Source: Nitrosopumilales archaeon
Lineage (GTDB): Archaea > Thermoproteota > Nitrososphaeria > Nitrososphaerales > Nitrososphaeraceae
Assembly: GCA_044507735.1 (NCBI GenBank)
Contig: JBIQJB010000019.1
Span: 1 to 43,857, forward strand
Length of the DNA: 43,857 bases
Direction: 5' to 3'
The notes beneath the pieces are model-generated. The model ran no database searches. It saw only the letters and a program-made list of their open reading frames with translations, and was not told the DNA's origin. Each line of letters begins with the position of its first letter. Position 1 is the first letter of the stretch. This document shows, piece by piece, positions 1 through 12,900 of the stretch. A program made the translations under genes and the position numbers.

Positions 1-1533
1 TTACTGCGGCTCTATCGTCGCAGGCGGCTTGCTTGATACCGCATACGTGACCCAGGTCGCGCCTTCAACTTCGTTGGTTATCCTGTTGCTGATCCTCTCG
101 ACCAGCTCGTAGGGCAGTCGTGACCAGTCCGCAGTCATGGCATCGATCGACTCTACGACCCTTATCATGACGATGTGCCCGTAAACCCGCTCGTCTCCAA
201 GCACTCCGACGGCCCTGTCGTCGCCAACGGCCGCATATGCCTGCCACACCTTGTCGTACCAGCCGGCTGCCTTCAGTTCGTCTTCCACTATCTTGCTTGC
301 ATGCTTGCAAATCCTGATCTTTTCCGGGGTAATTACGCCGATTATCCTGACTGCCAGGCCCGGCCCGGGGAACGGGTGCCTCTTGAGCAGCGCATCAGGC
401 ACTCCCAGCAGCTTTGCGACCTTCCTCACCTCGTCCTTGTACAGGTATCGCAGAGGTTCTATCACCTTGAGGTTGAGCCACTTGGGAAGCCCGCCCACGT
501 TGTGGTGGGTCTTGATGACAGCGGCAGGTCCCTTTGATACGCCGCTTTCAATGACGTCAGGGTAGAGCGTGCCCTGGGCGAGCCAATGGAACGGGCCCTC
601 CTTCTTTACGACGTCGACAAACACTTTGGCGAATTCTTCGCCGATAATCTTGCGCTTTTGCTCTGGATCGGAGACGCCCTCCAGCTTGGCCAGGAACTGC
701 TTTTCAGCGTTGACATAGATGAGGTCAATCCCCAGGTGTTCCTTGAACAGCTTTACCACATCCTTCTCCTCGTCCTGGCGCAATAGCCCGTGGTTGATAA
801 AGACGCACCGCAGCTGGTCGCCAATCGCCCTGTGCATCAGGGCGGCCACCACTGTCGAGTCGATGCCGCCGCTCACCGCCGCGAGCACCTTCTCCTTTCC
901 CACCTGCTCCCGGATGTCCTTTATCGTGGATTCAATAAAGCTCTCCATGTCCCACTCCGGCTTGGCCCTGCTAATCTCCTGTGCAAAGTTCTTCAGGATC
1001 TGCGTGCCCCGCTCGGTGTGGACCACTTCGGGATGGAACTGGATGCCATAGAATTGCTTCTCCTTGTTGCCGATGGCAGCCGAGTGGGAGTTCTCTGTGT
1101 GCGCAAGCACCGTAAAGCCCTCTGGCAGTTTCTCGGCCGCATCGCCATGGCTCATCCAGCAGCTGATGCTCTCCCCCAGATCCTTGAAGAGATCGGCCTT
1201 GTCGTCAATCACCAGGCCGGCGCGGCCATATTCGCGGCTGTTTGCCCTCTTTACCCTGCCTCCAAAATTGTCGACCAGCACCTGGTGGCCGTAGCAGATT
1301 CCGAGGATCGGCTTGCCCAGCTGGAACAGCTGCTTGTCAGGCTTGGGGGCGTCCTTTGCATAGACGCTGGCCGGCCCGCCGGAGAAGATTATCCCCTTTG
1401 GATCGATCTCTTTGATCACTTTGGCCGGAGTGTTGTACGGCAGAAGTTCGCAGTACACGTTGGCCTCTCGAATGCGCCGGCAGATGAGGTGGCTGTACTG
1501 CGACCCAAAATCTAGAACAACTATTTTATCCAA
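1..1533 (-). CDS. guaA: GMP synthase (glutamine-hydrolysing)
   Basis: Class I GATase domain (LDFGSQY, GICYGHQ, QFHPE) fused to an ATP pyrophosphatase domain (SGGIDS, IKTHHNVGG), ending in KPPATIE. Confidence 0.97.
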   Translation of the reverse strand: MDKIVVLDFGSQYSHLICRRIREANVYCELLPYNTPAKVIKEIDPKGIIFSGGPASVYAKDAPKPDKQLFQLGKPILGICYGHQVLVDNFGGRVKRANSREYGRAGLVIDDKADLFKDLGESISCWMSHGDAAEKLPEGFTVLAHTENSHSAAIGNKEKQFYGIQFHPEVVHTERGTQILKNFAQEISRAKPEWDMESFIESTIKDIREQVGKEKVLAAVSGGIDSTVVAALMHRAIGDQLRCVFINHGLLRQDEEKDVVKLFKEHLGIDLIYVNAEKQFLAKLEGVSDPEQKRKIIGEEFAKVFVDVVKKEGPFHWLAQGTLYPDVIESGVSKGPAAVIKTHHNVGGLPKWLNLKVIEPLRYLYKDEVRKVAKLLGVPDALLKRHPFPGPGLAVRIIGVITPEKIRICKHASKIVEDELKAAGWYDKVWQAYAAVGDDRAVGVLGDERVYGHIVMIRVVESIDAMTADWSRLPYELVERISNRITNEVEGATWVTYAVSSKPPATIEPQ

Positions 1534-1540
1534 CGATTGA

Positions 1541-2179
1541 TCATCCGCTCTTTTCCAGCATTCTGGTGAATACCCATGATGAAGTGTTGAATATCTCTTG
1601 AAGGCGATCCTTGTCGCGATAGTTGTTTATCACTATGCGCCTTATCGTGCCATTGTCGTCTTCAACTTTGTAATTCAGCGCGTCAGGCTCCTTGATCCCC
1701 TGGCCTGCGTCCTTGTTCTTCATGCCATCCAATATCCTGTTCAGAAAGAACGACTTGAAAGGTGGTGTATTAACATTGAGGTTCACACCGGGCGCAGGCA
1801 CAATGACAACGGCGCCTGGCGACACCTCGGCGTTTGCAAGCACAAAGTCATCCTTTGCGCGTTTGAGCGGCCTGACATCTCTGTTGTCGGCAGACGACCT
1901 GAGGCCTGCGGCTGCAGCTGGGGGCGGTGATGATGGTGCCACCTGGTGCCTTGCACCCTGCCTCGTTTGCTGAACCTGCGCGGTGGCTGCTGCGGGTCCG
2001 GCGGTTGCAAAGCCAATACTGGCCGCCGCTTTAAAGCTTCCCTGCTTGAGCAGGCTGTCAACGATTGTCAAAACCGTGCGCAAACGATCCACCTCTTCCT
2101 GCTTGTCGGATATCTGCTTGATCAGCCACTCGCGTATATCTGCCGCGCGCCTGATGTCGTCCTCGGAATAGCCTGACAT
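1541..2179 (-). CDS. Hypothetical protein with N-terminal coiled coil, co-oriented just upstream of guaA
   Basis: Long ORF ending 7 nt before the guaA start; ATG at 2179 preferred over the upstream TTG; Ala/Pro-rich linker between two globular-looking parts. Confidence 0.75.
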   Translation of the reverse strand: MSGYSEDDIRRAADIREWLIKQISDKQEEVDRLRTVLTIVDSLLKQGSFKAAASIGFATAGPAAATAQVQQTRQGARHQVAPSSPPPAAAAGLRSSADNRDVRPLKRAKDDFVLANAEVSPGAVVIVPAPGVNLNVNTPPFKSFFLNRILDGMKNKDAGQGIKEPDALNYKVEDDNGTIRRIVINNYRDKDRLQEIFNTSSWVFTRMLEKSG

Positions 2180-2216
2180 GAGCAAACCCTCTACTGCACA
2201 AAACCTATAATAGCTT

Positions 2217-2381
2217 TTAGCCTCGGCGCTTTCTCTTGTTCAGGCTGAACACTATGAAGACCGCGCCGCCCCAGAGGATCAGCGCTCCGATGTAAAATTG
2301 GTAGAACCATGCCACGGCTCCCAGAACTGCCATGGCCATGCCTATGATGCCCTTGGTCTGCCTCAGGCGACGGGGATTCAT
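2217..2381 (-). CDS. 54-aa membrane microprotein (not in ORF track)
   Basis: Hand translation MNPRRLRQTKGIIGMAMAVLGAVAWFYQFYIGALILWGGAVFIVFSLNKRKRRG: two hydrophobic helices with basic ends; ATGA overlap with the stop of the upstream gene. Confidence 0.75.
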   Translation of the reverse strand: MNPRRLRQTKGIIGMAMAVLGAVAWFYQFYIGALILWGGAVFIVFSLNKRKRRG

Positions 2382-3148
2382 GCCTTTGCAGCAACAAACC
2401 CCTTGATGGGTTTGGTTGCCGTGTCTGCGAGCTCCGAGCGTGACTGCTTTGCAAGCATCTCAAGCAACTTCCTGCCTTCCCGCATCTTTCTCTGCTTGAG
2501 CTCGACGTCCTTGATCTTTTTCTTTGAATACTTGCCAACGCTGTCGCCAAAGTCCATGGCCACAAGCACTATTCTCTTGGCGCCAAACTCTTCTGCCAGG
2601 AAAACGCACCTGTCGCCGTCGGTAAAGCCTCCAAAGTTGTAGACGTTTTCAACAGGCATCACCTGAGTGGTGCCCACAAGCTTTTTGAATTTTGGAACTA
2701 ATTTTTTGAGCATTTCAACGTTGTCGCCGTGAGCGTGCACGACCATTATTGCGCCGCCTTTCTCTGCCTTTTGCAGGGCAGAGGGGCTGCCGTCGAGGTC
2801 TGTCACGACTATATCTGGTTTGATATTATTTTCAAGCATAAATTCAGTTGCGCCGTCGGCCACAATCTTGACGGACGACTTGTTCTTTTTGATGAACCCG
2901 AGTGTCCGGCTGTCCTCGAGGCTTGGCCCTGCGCCAACAACAATGACGTTCTTGCCCTTGATCTTTTTCTCCAGGACTTTCGGGTCAAGCGCCTTCTTTT
3001 TTATCATTCCAGAGAGGATTCTTGCCGCTTCCTGATCCCGCTCTGTGCTGTATCCAAACTCTGCGCGGATCCCCTGATAGTACGGGAACCACTCGGCGAA
3101 CTTCACAAGAAATGGAGCATGGGTGTTACTATTAATAGCTTCTGCCAC
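2378..3148 (-). CDS. mptE: 6-hydroxymethyl-7,8-dihydropterin pyrophosphokinase MptE-like (DUF115)
   Basis: Motifs VGAGPSL, VADGA, VVTDLDG, HAHGDN, GTTQ, NFGGFTDGDR. True start may be the GTG at 3106. Confidence 0.85.
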   Translation of the reverse strand: MAEAINSNTHAPFLVKFAEWFPYYQGIRAEFGYSTERDQEAARILSGMIKKKALDPKVLEKKIKGKNVIVVGAGPSLEDSRTLGFIKKNKSSVKIVADGATEFMLENNIKPDIVVTDLDGSPSALQKAEKGGAIMVVHAHGDNVEMLKKLVPKFKKLVGTTQVMPVENVYNFGGFTDGDRCVFLAEEFGAKRIVLVAMDFGDSVGKYSKKKIKDVELKQRKMREGRKLLEMLAKQSRSELADTATKPIKGFVAAKA

Positions 3149-3220
3149 GAGGCAGTGTGGACTAGCTTTAATTACAAGCTGAAGGAATGCAACTCATGGG
3201 GATGCCATGGGGGTTATGCA

Positions 3221-3799
3221 TTGAAAAAGACCTCTAGGCGCCAGAAGATCGAGCTGCAGCACAAGGCTCTGGTCTTCATGGCAAGCATGATCGCCAAGGC
3301 ATTTCTCATGGCAGTAGTTTCAAGCCATGTCTTTTGTGGAAGCATCGACCCGACCGTTGTTTTCATGCAATGCGGAGCCAGCGCGGCGTTTATGGGCGGC
3401 AGCGTGGCGGCGGTGGCGCTGATGGGCATCTTTTTTGGAAACTATATCGTCCGGCTCAAGTCGTTCGATGACATCTTTGCAAGGGTCATGAAGGTCGACT
3501 TTATCGTGACAGCTATGTACCTTGGCATTGCGTTTATCGCTCCAGATGCAGTCGCGTCCAGGGTAATGATCTGGCTCCTTGGGATGTGGATAATTGGCAT
3601 GGTCCTCGCGCCGTTCAGCAAGGAAAGGACGCTGCTCAAACAGATAACAGAGTATGGATCGATTGTAGCACTCGGAGGGTTTCTTGCCATGCAGATCATC
3701 CCGCTCCCCGAGCTTGAAGTATATGATTCGTCATCAGGGATTGGCATGATACTCTCCAGCATCCTGGCAACGTTTGGCGGCGGAAGGTCATCCAGGTAG
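3221..3799 (+). CDS. Hypothetical multi-pass membrane protein
   Basis: Non-overlapping 3' part of ORF 2729-3799 with 5-6 hydrophobic segments; in-frame TTG at 3221 chosen as start. Confidence 0.6.
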   Translation: MKKTSRRQKIELQHKALVFMASMIAKAFLMAVVSSHVFCGSIDPTVVFMQCGASAAFMGGSVAAVALMGIFFGNYIVRLKSFDDIFARVMKVDFIVTAMYLGIAFIAPDAVASRVMIWLLGMWIIGMVLAPFSKERTLLKQITEYGSIVALGGFLAMQIIPLPELEVYDSSSGIGMILSSILATFGGGRSSR

Positions 3800-4288
3800 C
3801 AGCCTGCGGCCACAACAGCAGGTTTGACAGAGCAACGGCCAGCTTTTGCCATTTTGGCAATACACGGCAATAGCTGATTTTGCTGCTTGGGTCATCATAA
3901 GAGAAGTGAAATCCGTTTATGTATTGTTGTCCTAAATATATTGCAGCGAAGGCAACGGAGGAGAAGGGTTTGTTCAAGCCCGAAAGCCGGCTCTCTTGCG
4001 TCACCCACGGTGCTGGCGAGTAGGGCTTATGATTTATCATTACTTTGGTGGGGGATGAAGGCCTATTCTATTTTGAAGGAGGGGTTGAGCGAGAGAATAC
4101 GAGATTGGCCGCTGCTATGTCCATATGCAGCCAACCAAAGGCGCCCGACATCCTGCCATCAACCAACCCATTGACGCAGGCAGGGAGCTTCAAGGCTTTT
4201 GAGACCGTAACAATAGCATAGCAAAACTTGCTCTGAATCATCAACATCAAGAAAAAAGAAAGATGATGCTGCGAAGACCCGTCGCCGG

Positions 4289-6178
4289 TCAGTTTCTGAA
4301 CAGAAAGATCCCGTCGCCTGCTTGCTCGATAGACCCGCCATCTGTTGGCGACATCGGCAATGTAAAGGAAACCGTGGCCCCTTTTCTTCCCACATTGTTT
4401 TCTGCCCATATCTTGCCCCCGTGCGACTCGATGATGTTTTTTGACAGATACAGGCCAAGTCCGGTGCCGCTGTCGGATCTTGATACAAATTTTGAAAACA
4501 GCCTTGGCATTATTTCATTTTCAATGCCCCGGCCAGAATCAATGACGCTGACGACGGCGTGGCCGTTTCTCTCCCCGCACCTGACAACAATCTCCCCCTC
4601 ATCTGTAAATTTTATCGCGTTTGCAATCAGATTGGACAGCACCTGGTATATCCTTTCCTTGTCGCAGTAGACGCGTACCGGCTTGTTTATCGGGGCTCCG
4701 CTCCGGTCCCTAATGATCCGGATCTTTTCCTTCTTCTGGTCATGCAAGGAGCTCCTTGCGTCAGATATAACGTCCATGATCTTTTGATCAAGGTCGAACC
4801 ATTCCCTGTGTAGCTTGAGGGAATTGCTCTCTATCTTGGATACATCCAAGAGGTCTGAAGACAGGCGTTCAAGGCGCTTGGCGTTTCTCCTGATCAGGTT
4901 CAGATCGTCCCGAGAGATCTCTATCTTTTCAGCGCCTGCCTGCTCAAAGTCGTAGTCCAGAAGGTCTGCCATGCCAAGCAGAGGCTGCACAGGAGTCCTG
5001 AGTTCGTGCGCCGCTATGTTGATAAATTCTGACTGCATCTTGTCGTGCACTTCAAGTGCCTCGGTCCTTTTCCTTACTTCGCGCTGCAATGTTTCATTCC
5101 ATCGGGCCAGAAAATAGATAATGACAGCTATCGACGCGGCTATGGCAGAAACCAGCGTGACGGTCTGGATTCTCTGTGCAAAGACAATGTCCTCGATCTT
5201 GGAGTAGATCCCCTCAGTTGGCGTCGAACCGACTATTACAAACACAGTCTCCTCTCTAAGATTGACAGGATATGCAACCAGAAGGCGCTCGCCCTCATAG
5301 AGCCCGTCGATAACAACGCTGCCGGGCCGGCCACCGAGGGCCATGCTAATGAGGCTCTGAAAGTCGTCCGGCTTGTTCACCCGCTGGAGTATCTCTTTGT
5401 CTTCAATTTTCTTTCCGATCAGGGCTTGATCGTCGGCCAGGACAAAACGGCCAGACTTGTCAGTTGCGATGACCCGCTCGCTTTCTGTGATGTACGGGCT
5501 GCCAAACCCGCCGAGAATCTGCTGTGGAGGGATTGAGGCGGCTACGAGCCCAAGGTACGTGCCTGTCTCTCTCTGGATTATGGGATAGGACATTACGACG
5601 TATGAGGCATTCTTGGAGTCGGTATAAGACCTCGAGAGAACTGGGAATAGCTTTTTCCTTGCGTCGGCCACATAGTCCTTGCCAAAATGCGACAGACCAA
5701 CTTGGTTTTCCGAATCGTCGTCTGCACTGATTATTGATGCCACCCTGTCATTTCTGTCCAGGATGAAGATGCTTCCGACCGACTCTCTGACCGGGAGATA
5801 GTTCTCGGCAAGAAGCGACGATGTCCCGTTACCGGCCAGCTCGCCTCCCTGGATGTAATTTGAATTGGCGATTCCTTGCAGCCTCCCGGCGATGGACTCT
5901 AGCTCGGAGCTTATCTGCCTTGCCAGCCCTTCCATGTTCTGGGTCTGCCTGATGCTCTGTTCCTCAAAGAGTGCGGCCCTGATGTTCCGCTCGTTGACCG
6001 ACTCGTAGTAAATCGACGAACCAAGGGCGAATCCGATGATAAGCGCGATGACCACTATTGCAAACCTTGTCGGGCTTGATTTTGCTGCCTCCCGGATGGC
6101 TGCTATCCTGTCTGTAGAACCCTTGATAACATCCAACTTGCAGTGACTACCATGCAGGCAGTAATCAGCATAAACCAT
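4289..6178 (-). CDS. Membrane sensor histidine kinase (extracellular Cache-like domain, HisKA, HATPase)
   Basis: Two TM helices flanking about 280 aa; H-box AAHELRTP, N-box NLIANAIKF, G1 DSGRGI, G2 GTGLGL. Confidence 0.93.
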   Translation of the reverse strand: MVYADYCLHGSHCKLDVIKGSTDRIAAIREAAKSSPTRFAIVVIALIIGFALGSSIYYESVNERNIRAALFEEQSIRQTQNMEGLARQISSELESIAGRLQGIANSNYIQGGELAGNGTSSLLAENYLPVRESVGSIFILDRNDRVASIISADDDSENQVGLSHFGKDYVADARKKLFPVLSRSYTDSKNASYVVMSYPIIQRETGTYLGLVAASIPPQQILGGFGSPYITESERVIATDKSGRFVLADDQALIGKKIEDKEILQRVNKPDDFQSLISMALGGRPGSVVIDGLYEGERLLVAYPVNLREETVFVIVGSTPTEGIYSKIEDIVFAQRIQTVTLVSAIAASIAVIIYFLARWNETLQREVRKRTEALEVHDKMQSEFINIAAHELRTPVQPLLGMADLLDYDFEQAGAEKIEISRDDLNLIRRNAKRLERLSSDLLDVSKIESNSLKLHREWFDLDQKIMDVISDARSSLHDQKKEKIRIIRDRSGAPINKPVRVYCDKERIYQVLSNLIANAIKFTDEGEIVVRCGERNGHAVVSVIDSGRGIENEIMPRLFSKFVSRSDSGTGLGLYLSKNIIESHGGKIWAENNVGRKGATVSFTLPMSPTDGGSIEQAGDGIFLFRN

Positions 6179-6221
6179 TACGGAAGTCGATTCTAGAAAA
6201 AGATGTCAGGATTGCTACAGA

Positions 6222-6359
6222 CTAGCGAAGGTAGCAGGCATCGCTGCAGTAGCAGCGCTGGCTCGTGCACCAGCCGTGGCGATCGCTGGCTGGCATCTTG
6301 TGGCCGCAGTTGTCACAATGGTCTTTTTTGCGGCAATGTGTGTCTATTATTAGGCTCAT
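6222..6359 (-). CDS. 45-aa Cys-rich microprotein, TRASH/MYM-like zinc finger
   Basis: MSLIIDTHCRKKDHCDNCGHK...CYCSDACYLR: CxxC plus YCSxxC pattern. Confidence 0.55.
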   Translation of the reverse strand: MSLIIDTHCRKKDHCDNCGHKMPASDRHGWCTSQRCYCSDACYLR

Positions 6360-6586
6360 TGTGGCTTTCTTGCTACCCGGGCACCACTTAAATGAGATAA
6401 TGCAATAATTGTTGACTCGCAGGATAACGGCAGACACACAATTAAAAATATTGTGACTGCGCCCTGCCTCTCATGCGCTTGTGGCTGCTGCCACTGTTAT
6501 TATTCTATTTTGCAGTAAAAAGTGAAAAGAGAGAGAGAGAAGCGGCGTGCGAGTGAAGAGTTGCAGCAGCTATAGCAGCGCCCTTC

Positions 6587-8782
<2,196 letters not shown>

Positions 8783-9024
8783 CTATCAATCATTCGGCTG
8801 TAGTGCTCCGGAATATGACGATTATCGCAAATGAAAATGGCACAGCGCAGCCATCATGACAAGCCTCTCCTGTCAGCTTGAACCCGGTTTTTGAAAATAA
8901 TTGACACATGATGCCAGATCTTGTAATTTAGCAGACAAGAAGGCGCGGCTGCGGCAGTCCAGTGCTTATCTTACTTGATGCAGCGGTCGCGCGTGGGGCA
9001 TACATACATACATACACATACGCG

Positions 9025-9960
9025 CTAGTGCAGTTGGGAAATTCTGTTAAATGACACCTCTTTTCTCAAGGCGTCTGCCAAAACGTCAAACAGAAGCTTT
9101 GCGATCGAATCTCCCATTATCTTTCTCAGTTTCTCTTCAAAAACATCTGGCTGAAAGATGATTGTCTGTTCAGGGTCTACCTTGTATACAAGCTGTAGAG
9201 TTTTGAATATCAGGTTTGCCGTCCCCTTGCCCAGAACCCTGTCCATGCCCTCCCTCACATGTGCAATGATGTCATGCGGCCGCCATTCCCGATAGAGCCA
9301 GCCGGTGTGGATGGTTGAATGGTGGGTATTGATAAGGTTGACCAGGTCGCTAAATGACATCTTGGCTACGAGCCCGGGGTTGTTGTACCAGCAGATCGCC
9401 TCTTCCAACGGCTTGACAAGCTCCTTGCATATCGCACTTTCGTACTGGGCCAGTTTGATATGACGGTGGCTACTATCGTCATTCTCAAAGAACGTCGAAG
9501 GATCGCCAATGGCAACGATCCCTCTTGGTTTGGATTGCTTGTGCACTTCTAGAACAAGCGAACGCCACAGGCCTGTCAGCTTGGGGATGTCCAGCTCGTT
9601 GGTCTTGGAAGGTTGATAAAACTCGTTTCTGTTAATTACTGTCAGGGCTCTCCTGGTTATGCAATTTTCAATCTCCCTCTCTTCGTCTGAGGCCAGCTCC
9701 GCTGCCACCTTTGACATTTGCTGTATCACTCTTGACGGGTCCGGCTCTGCAGCGTAAATGATGGCGTAATCATTTGACAGGTACTTCCAGACTTGTCTGT
9801 ACACTGCGAGCCTTACACTGTCATGCTTCCCTTGAAATGCTGGCGCCATGATAATGGAATGGTGGCGCCTCCCGATGTCCCCCTGCATTTGATGTTGATG
9901 TATCTTTTTGACCGGCTTTGCTAATATGACTTGCTGTCTTGCAGTAGTGGCCTTTTGCAA
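9025..9960 (-). CDS. MEDS-like domain plus C-terminal NitrOD5/DUF3227-like helical domain
   Basis: IYAAE...GIVAIGD...QYE...AICWY resembles MEDS; C-terminal VLGKGTANLIFKTLQLVYK...FEEKLRKIMG is shared with the ORFs at 16379 and 40561. Start uncertain. Confidence 0.7.
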   Translation of the reverse strand: MQKATTARQQVILAKPVKKIHQHQMQGDIGRRHHSIIMAPAFQGKHDSVRLAVYRQVWKYLSNDYAIIYAAEPDPSRVIQQMSKVAAELASDEEREIENCITRRALTVINRNEFYQPSKTNELDIPKLTGLWRSLVLEVHKQSKPRGIVAIGDPSTFFENDDSSHRHIKLAQYESAICKELVKPLEEAICWYNNPGLVAKMSFSDLVNLINTHHSTIHTGWLYREWRPHDIIAHVREGMDRVLGKGTANLIFKTLQLVYKVDPEQTIIFQPDVFEEKLRKIMGDSIAKLLFDVLADALRKEVSFNRISQLH

Positions 9961-10129
9961 CTGCGCGCCATGCTAATTTTCATCTAGCAGATTGTCATTA
10001 TCATCATACTTATGATGCTGCTTATAGTGTGCGAATAAAGCGGCATTGTCTCGCTATTATTTTCAATTTCTTCATGCAGAACCTGATACTTGAAGTTATA
10101 AATGTCACAAATTCACTAATCTTGAGTAC

Positions 10130-10519
10130 TTGAACTATGGCAAGTTTTGCGAAGATATTTTGCATCTGAATGAATCCATAAGGCTAGTGCTGCTGTTCAC
10201 CAAAGAGGGGGACATCGTTGGGGTTGAATCGAACGCGTCATCAGATAAGCTGCCATTGCCTCCGCAGCAGATGCCTGAGCTGATAATGAAGGCCCTCATC
10301 GGACTGAACGTTCTGGAGACGCTTGATAAGACCTTGGGAAAGGTGAAGTACCTGTTCACAGAGTTTGAGAAGGTAAAAGGAGTAGCAGTGGTTCTTGGAA
10401 GCTACATTCAGGATCCGACTCTGCGCGACTGTGTTCTGCTGGTGCTGTTTGGAACAGAGTCTGACCACTGCAAGATAATTGAAGAGCAGCTTTTTCCTTT
10501 TCTAAAGAATGTGCGATAG
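10130..10519 (+). CDS. Roadblock/LC7-like (profilin-fold) small protein of a thaumarchaeal family
   Basis: MNYGKFCEDILHLNESIR...LGKVKYLFTEFEKV pattern; TTATAAA about 30 nt upstream of the TTG start. Confidence 0.65.
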   Translation: MNYGKFCEDILHLNESIRLVLLFTKEGDIVGVESNASSDKLPLPPQQMPELIMKALIGLNVLETLDKTLGKVKYLFTEFEKVKGVAVVLGSYIQDPTLRDCVLLVLFGTESDHCKIIEEQLFPFLKNVR

Positions 10520-11229
10520 ACCAAGTAAGAAGGTTATTACCGCAATCTTAAGATCAGGCAGAGAGAGTTCTTACCTGCTGCGAACAAAAGTGGATCCTGC
10601 CTGTTCGCCGTCAATTCAGCTTTTCAATTCGTACTCTTGGTTTCTAAATTTTGAATCTAACAATGAGGAGAACCCTGTAACAATGATTATTGATCTAGAG
10701 TCACACTGGGTAGCTGTGACCAGTATGCCCGAAAGCCGCGGCGTTCTTGTTTGCCAACTCGATTGCCTGGCGAGTAGGGCTTTTTGCTTCATTTCGCTGT
10801 ATCTGATGACAGGTCTAACGCAGTAAAAAAGAAAGTAAGTGCGGACTCATGGCGCGGAGGCGGAAATGATGTGTTGTCCAACTTGTTCGCAAGATCCGGC
10901 CGTGGCTGCTACTTGAAAAAAAGTGCAGTCAGTCAAGAAACAGGATATCATTATTATGTTCTGCCCCCACCCTCCGCAGGTGGGGACCGATTGACATTGC
11001 CGTTTGGTTGTCATAGTTCCCTGTCAGCAACAACACAACCAAGGGATATGTCATGGTGACCCATGAATAAGCCACTTTTGGGCTGCTTTGACGGCTGTTG
11101 AAGAGATTATCGGCGACCATTAAAGACATTAAGCAGCAGAATTGCTGATTGCTCATAACAATTCTTGAGATGTAAAATGCAAGTCGTATCTAATTATTAA
11201 TATCAAGATTAGACACGCCAATTTTGCAA

Positions 11230-11421
11230 ATGGGTTTTCTCGACAGATTCAGAAGGAAAAAGGAAGCAAAGACGACAGCGACGACGACGACGGCGTCCAA
11301 AGCCACTACTACTACTACTGCTACCACTACTGCAGAACAGCCCACCACCAGCACAGAGAAAGCATCGACAGAAAAGAGGATCAGAGCATACACATCTGAT
11401 GGCACGCCGATCTATGAATAA
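11230..11421 (+). CDS. Small protein with Thr-rich linker
   Basis: MGFLDRFRRKK - poly-Thr - RAYTSDGTPIYE; AT-rich TATA-like element at about 11192-11202. Confidence 0.7.
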   Translation: MGFLDRFRRKKEAKTTATTTTASKATTTTTATTTAEQPTTSTEKASTEKRIRAYTSDGTPIYE

Positions 11422-11717
11422 TAGACGTTTGTGGTAGACCCACATCTTTTTCTAAGCTTCTGTTGTGGCCAGTGCATCGCAAACCTTGTGATATCTGATT
11501 TTCTCCGATAGGCGAGCATACCTGCCAAGTTGTTGCAAGCTTGGCCACACTTGAAATTCAAAGGGGCAAGAGGGGATTACAAGATGGAAACGTGTCAATC
11601 AATCTGGATCGCAAAAAAAGCGTCCACAAATCCCATCAAGGTCGAGAGAGATTTTTCCGGCCATGGCTTTGAAGCGCGACCTGTTAAATTGTATGTTTGG
11701 TATGCAAAATGCGTATA

Positions 11718-12257
11718 ATGGCTTATCATGCGGCGGATCCACCTGCAATTCCTCCACCCAGGTCACGCTGGCCGCTTGGAGACCATTCCGGAGCAAAAAA
11801 GAAGACGCTGCTCATAGTCATTGGCGCCTTGGTCGCAGCTGCAATTGTGATTGCGGTCGTATTGGCGCTGACCTTTCAGCAGGTCCAGCGTACCATAAGC
11901 GACGAGTCTGCTCCAAGAGTAACTTTTGTGGAATTTGAGATTGAGAGGCAGGAGCTGCAAGTAGGTCAAAATACAAGCATTGTGTTCAACGTGGAAAGCT
12001 CTGAGGACAGAATAATTGACGATGCTACAGTCTCAATAGAAGTCAGTCCGGCGGTGGGCAGCAACTATCTCTCCATTAGCAACAACACAATAAACCTGCC
12101 AGTACTCTACACAAATGGAAGAAGCGGCGAGATAAAGGTCACCATAACTGCGACTGGGACGCCTGCAAGGGAAGCGGTTTACGATATCACGAGCACCCTG
12201 TCTGCAGGGGGAGCAAGAGCAGATGTCAGGCAATTTGAGATAACTATTCGTCAGTAA
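11718..12257 (+). CDS. Single-pass membrane protein with extracellular beta-sandwich (Ig-like) domain
   Basis: KKK followed by a roughly 24-aa hydrophobic helix and a beta-strand-rich C-terminus. Confidence 0.7.
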   Translation: MAYHAADPPAIPPPRSRWPLGDHSGAKKKTLLIVIGALVAAAIVIAVVLALTFQQVQRTISDESAPRVTFVEFEIERQELQVGQNTSIVFNVESSEDRIIDDATVSIEVSPAVGSNYLSISNNTINLPVLYTNGRSGEIKVTITATGTPAREAVYDITSTLSAGGARADVRQFEITIRQ

Positions 12258-12403
12258 CTCTCTATCCTTTTGAGAAAAAATGTGAGAATGCGCGATATAT
12301 TCACTCTATTTGCAGTTGCTGGCGCCATTGATCAGCGCGGTAAATAATTTTGATTTACTCTAGAGAAAATAAGAGAGGGTTTCTTTGTTTACCGCAAGTT
12401 TTT

Positions 12404-12607
12404 TCAGACCAGGTGAAGCTGAGGTTCTGCCGGACCAAAGACTCTGGCAACACGGCCAAGATCTTGAATCTCTATTTGTGCGTCAATGAGATATTCTTGG
12501 TGGCTCCTCCTTGCATGGTACCTTACTCGTGCGACGAGAGAGTCCCTGTCACTGTCGGCTATCAACCTCTGGCACAAGGGGCATTTAGCGGAGCAGGTCT
12601 TGACCAT
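12404..12607 (-). CDS. Small putative zinc-binding protein (CxxC...H-x4-H)
   Basis: CPLC...HARRSH spacing, DUF1059/C2H2-like. Confidence 0.55.
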   Translation of the reverse strand: MVKTCSAKCPLCQRLIADSDRDSLVARVRYHARRSHQEYLIDAQIEIQDLGRVARVFGPAEPQLHLV

Positions 12608-12900
12608 TCTTCTCCTTCTTCTTCCGCTACTGGTTTTGTAATCGCATTAACCATCAAGTGGGCATCAATTAACCTTGTTGACAAGCGTCCTTCACCTACC
12701 AGAAATGCAGTAGTAAAAGCAGAGGGCCAAAGCCATCAATCGATTTCATAATATTTCGCTATAACAATTGTACATATACTTTGAATTTGCGCCCGCATGG
12801 ACGAAAATCTACCAACAATCTTCAAGATATCAAAAATATGAGCGGGATTAGAGTTAATAAAAGCAGGTTGTGCTGCCCGATCATATAAGAAGGGGCATCG

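Noticed and set aside
2729-3220. 5' extension of the 356-aa plus-strand ORF
   Set aside because: Mostly the antisense shadow of the mptE-like gene.
8999-9021. (CATA)n microsatellite and the many AAC/CAG/ACT triplet runs
   Set aside because: Short low-complexity tracts common throughout this window; no evidence of function.
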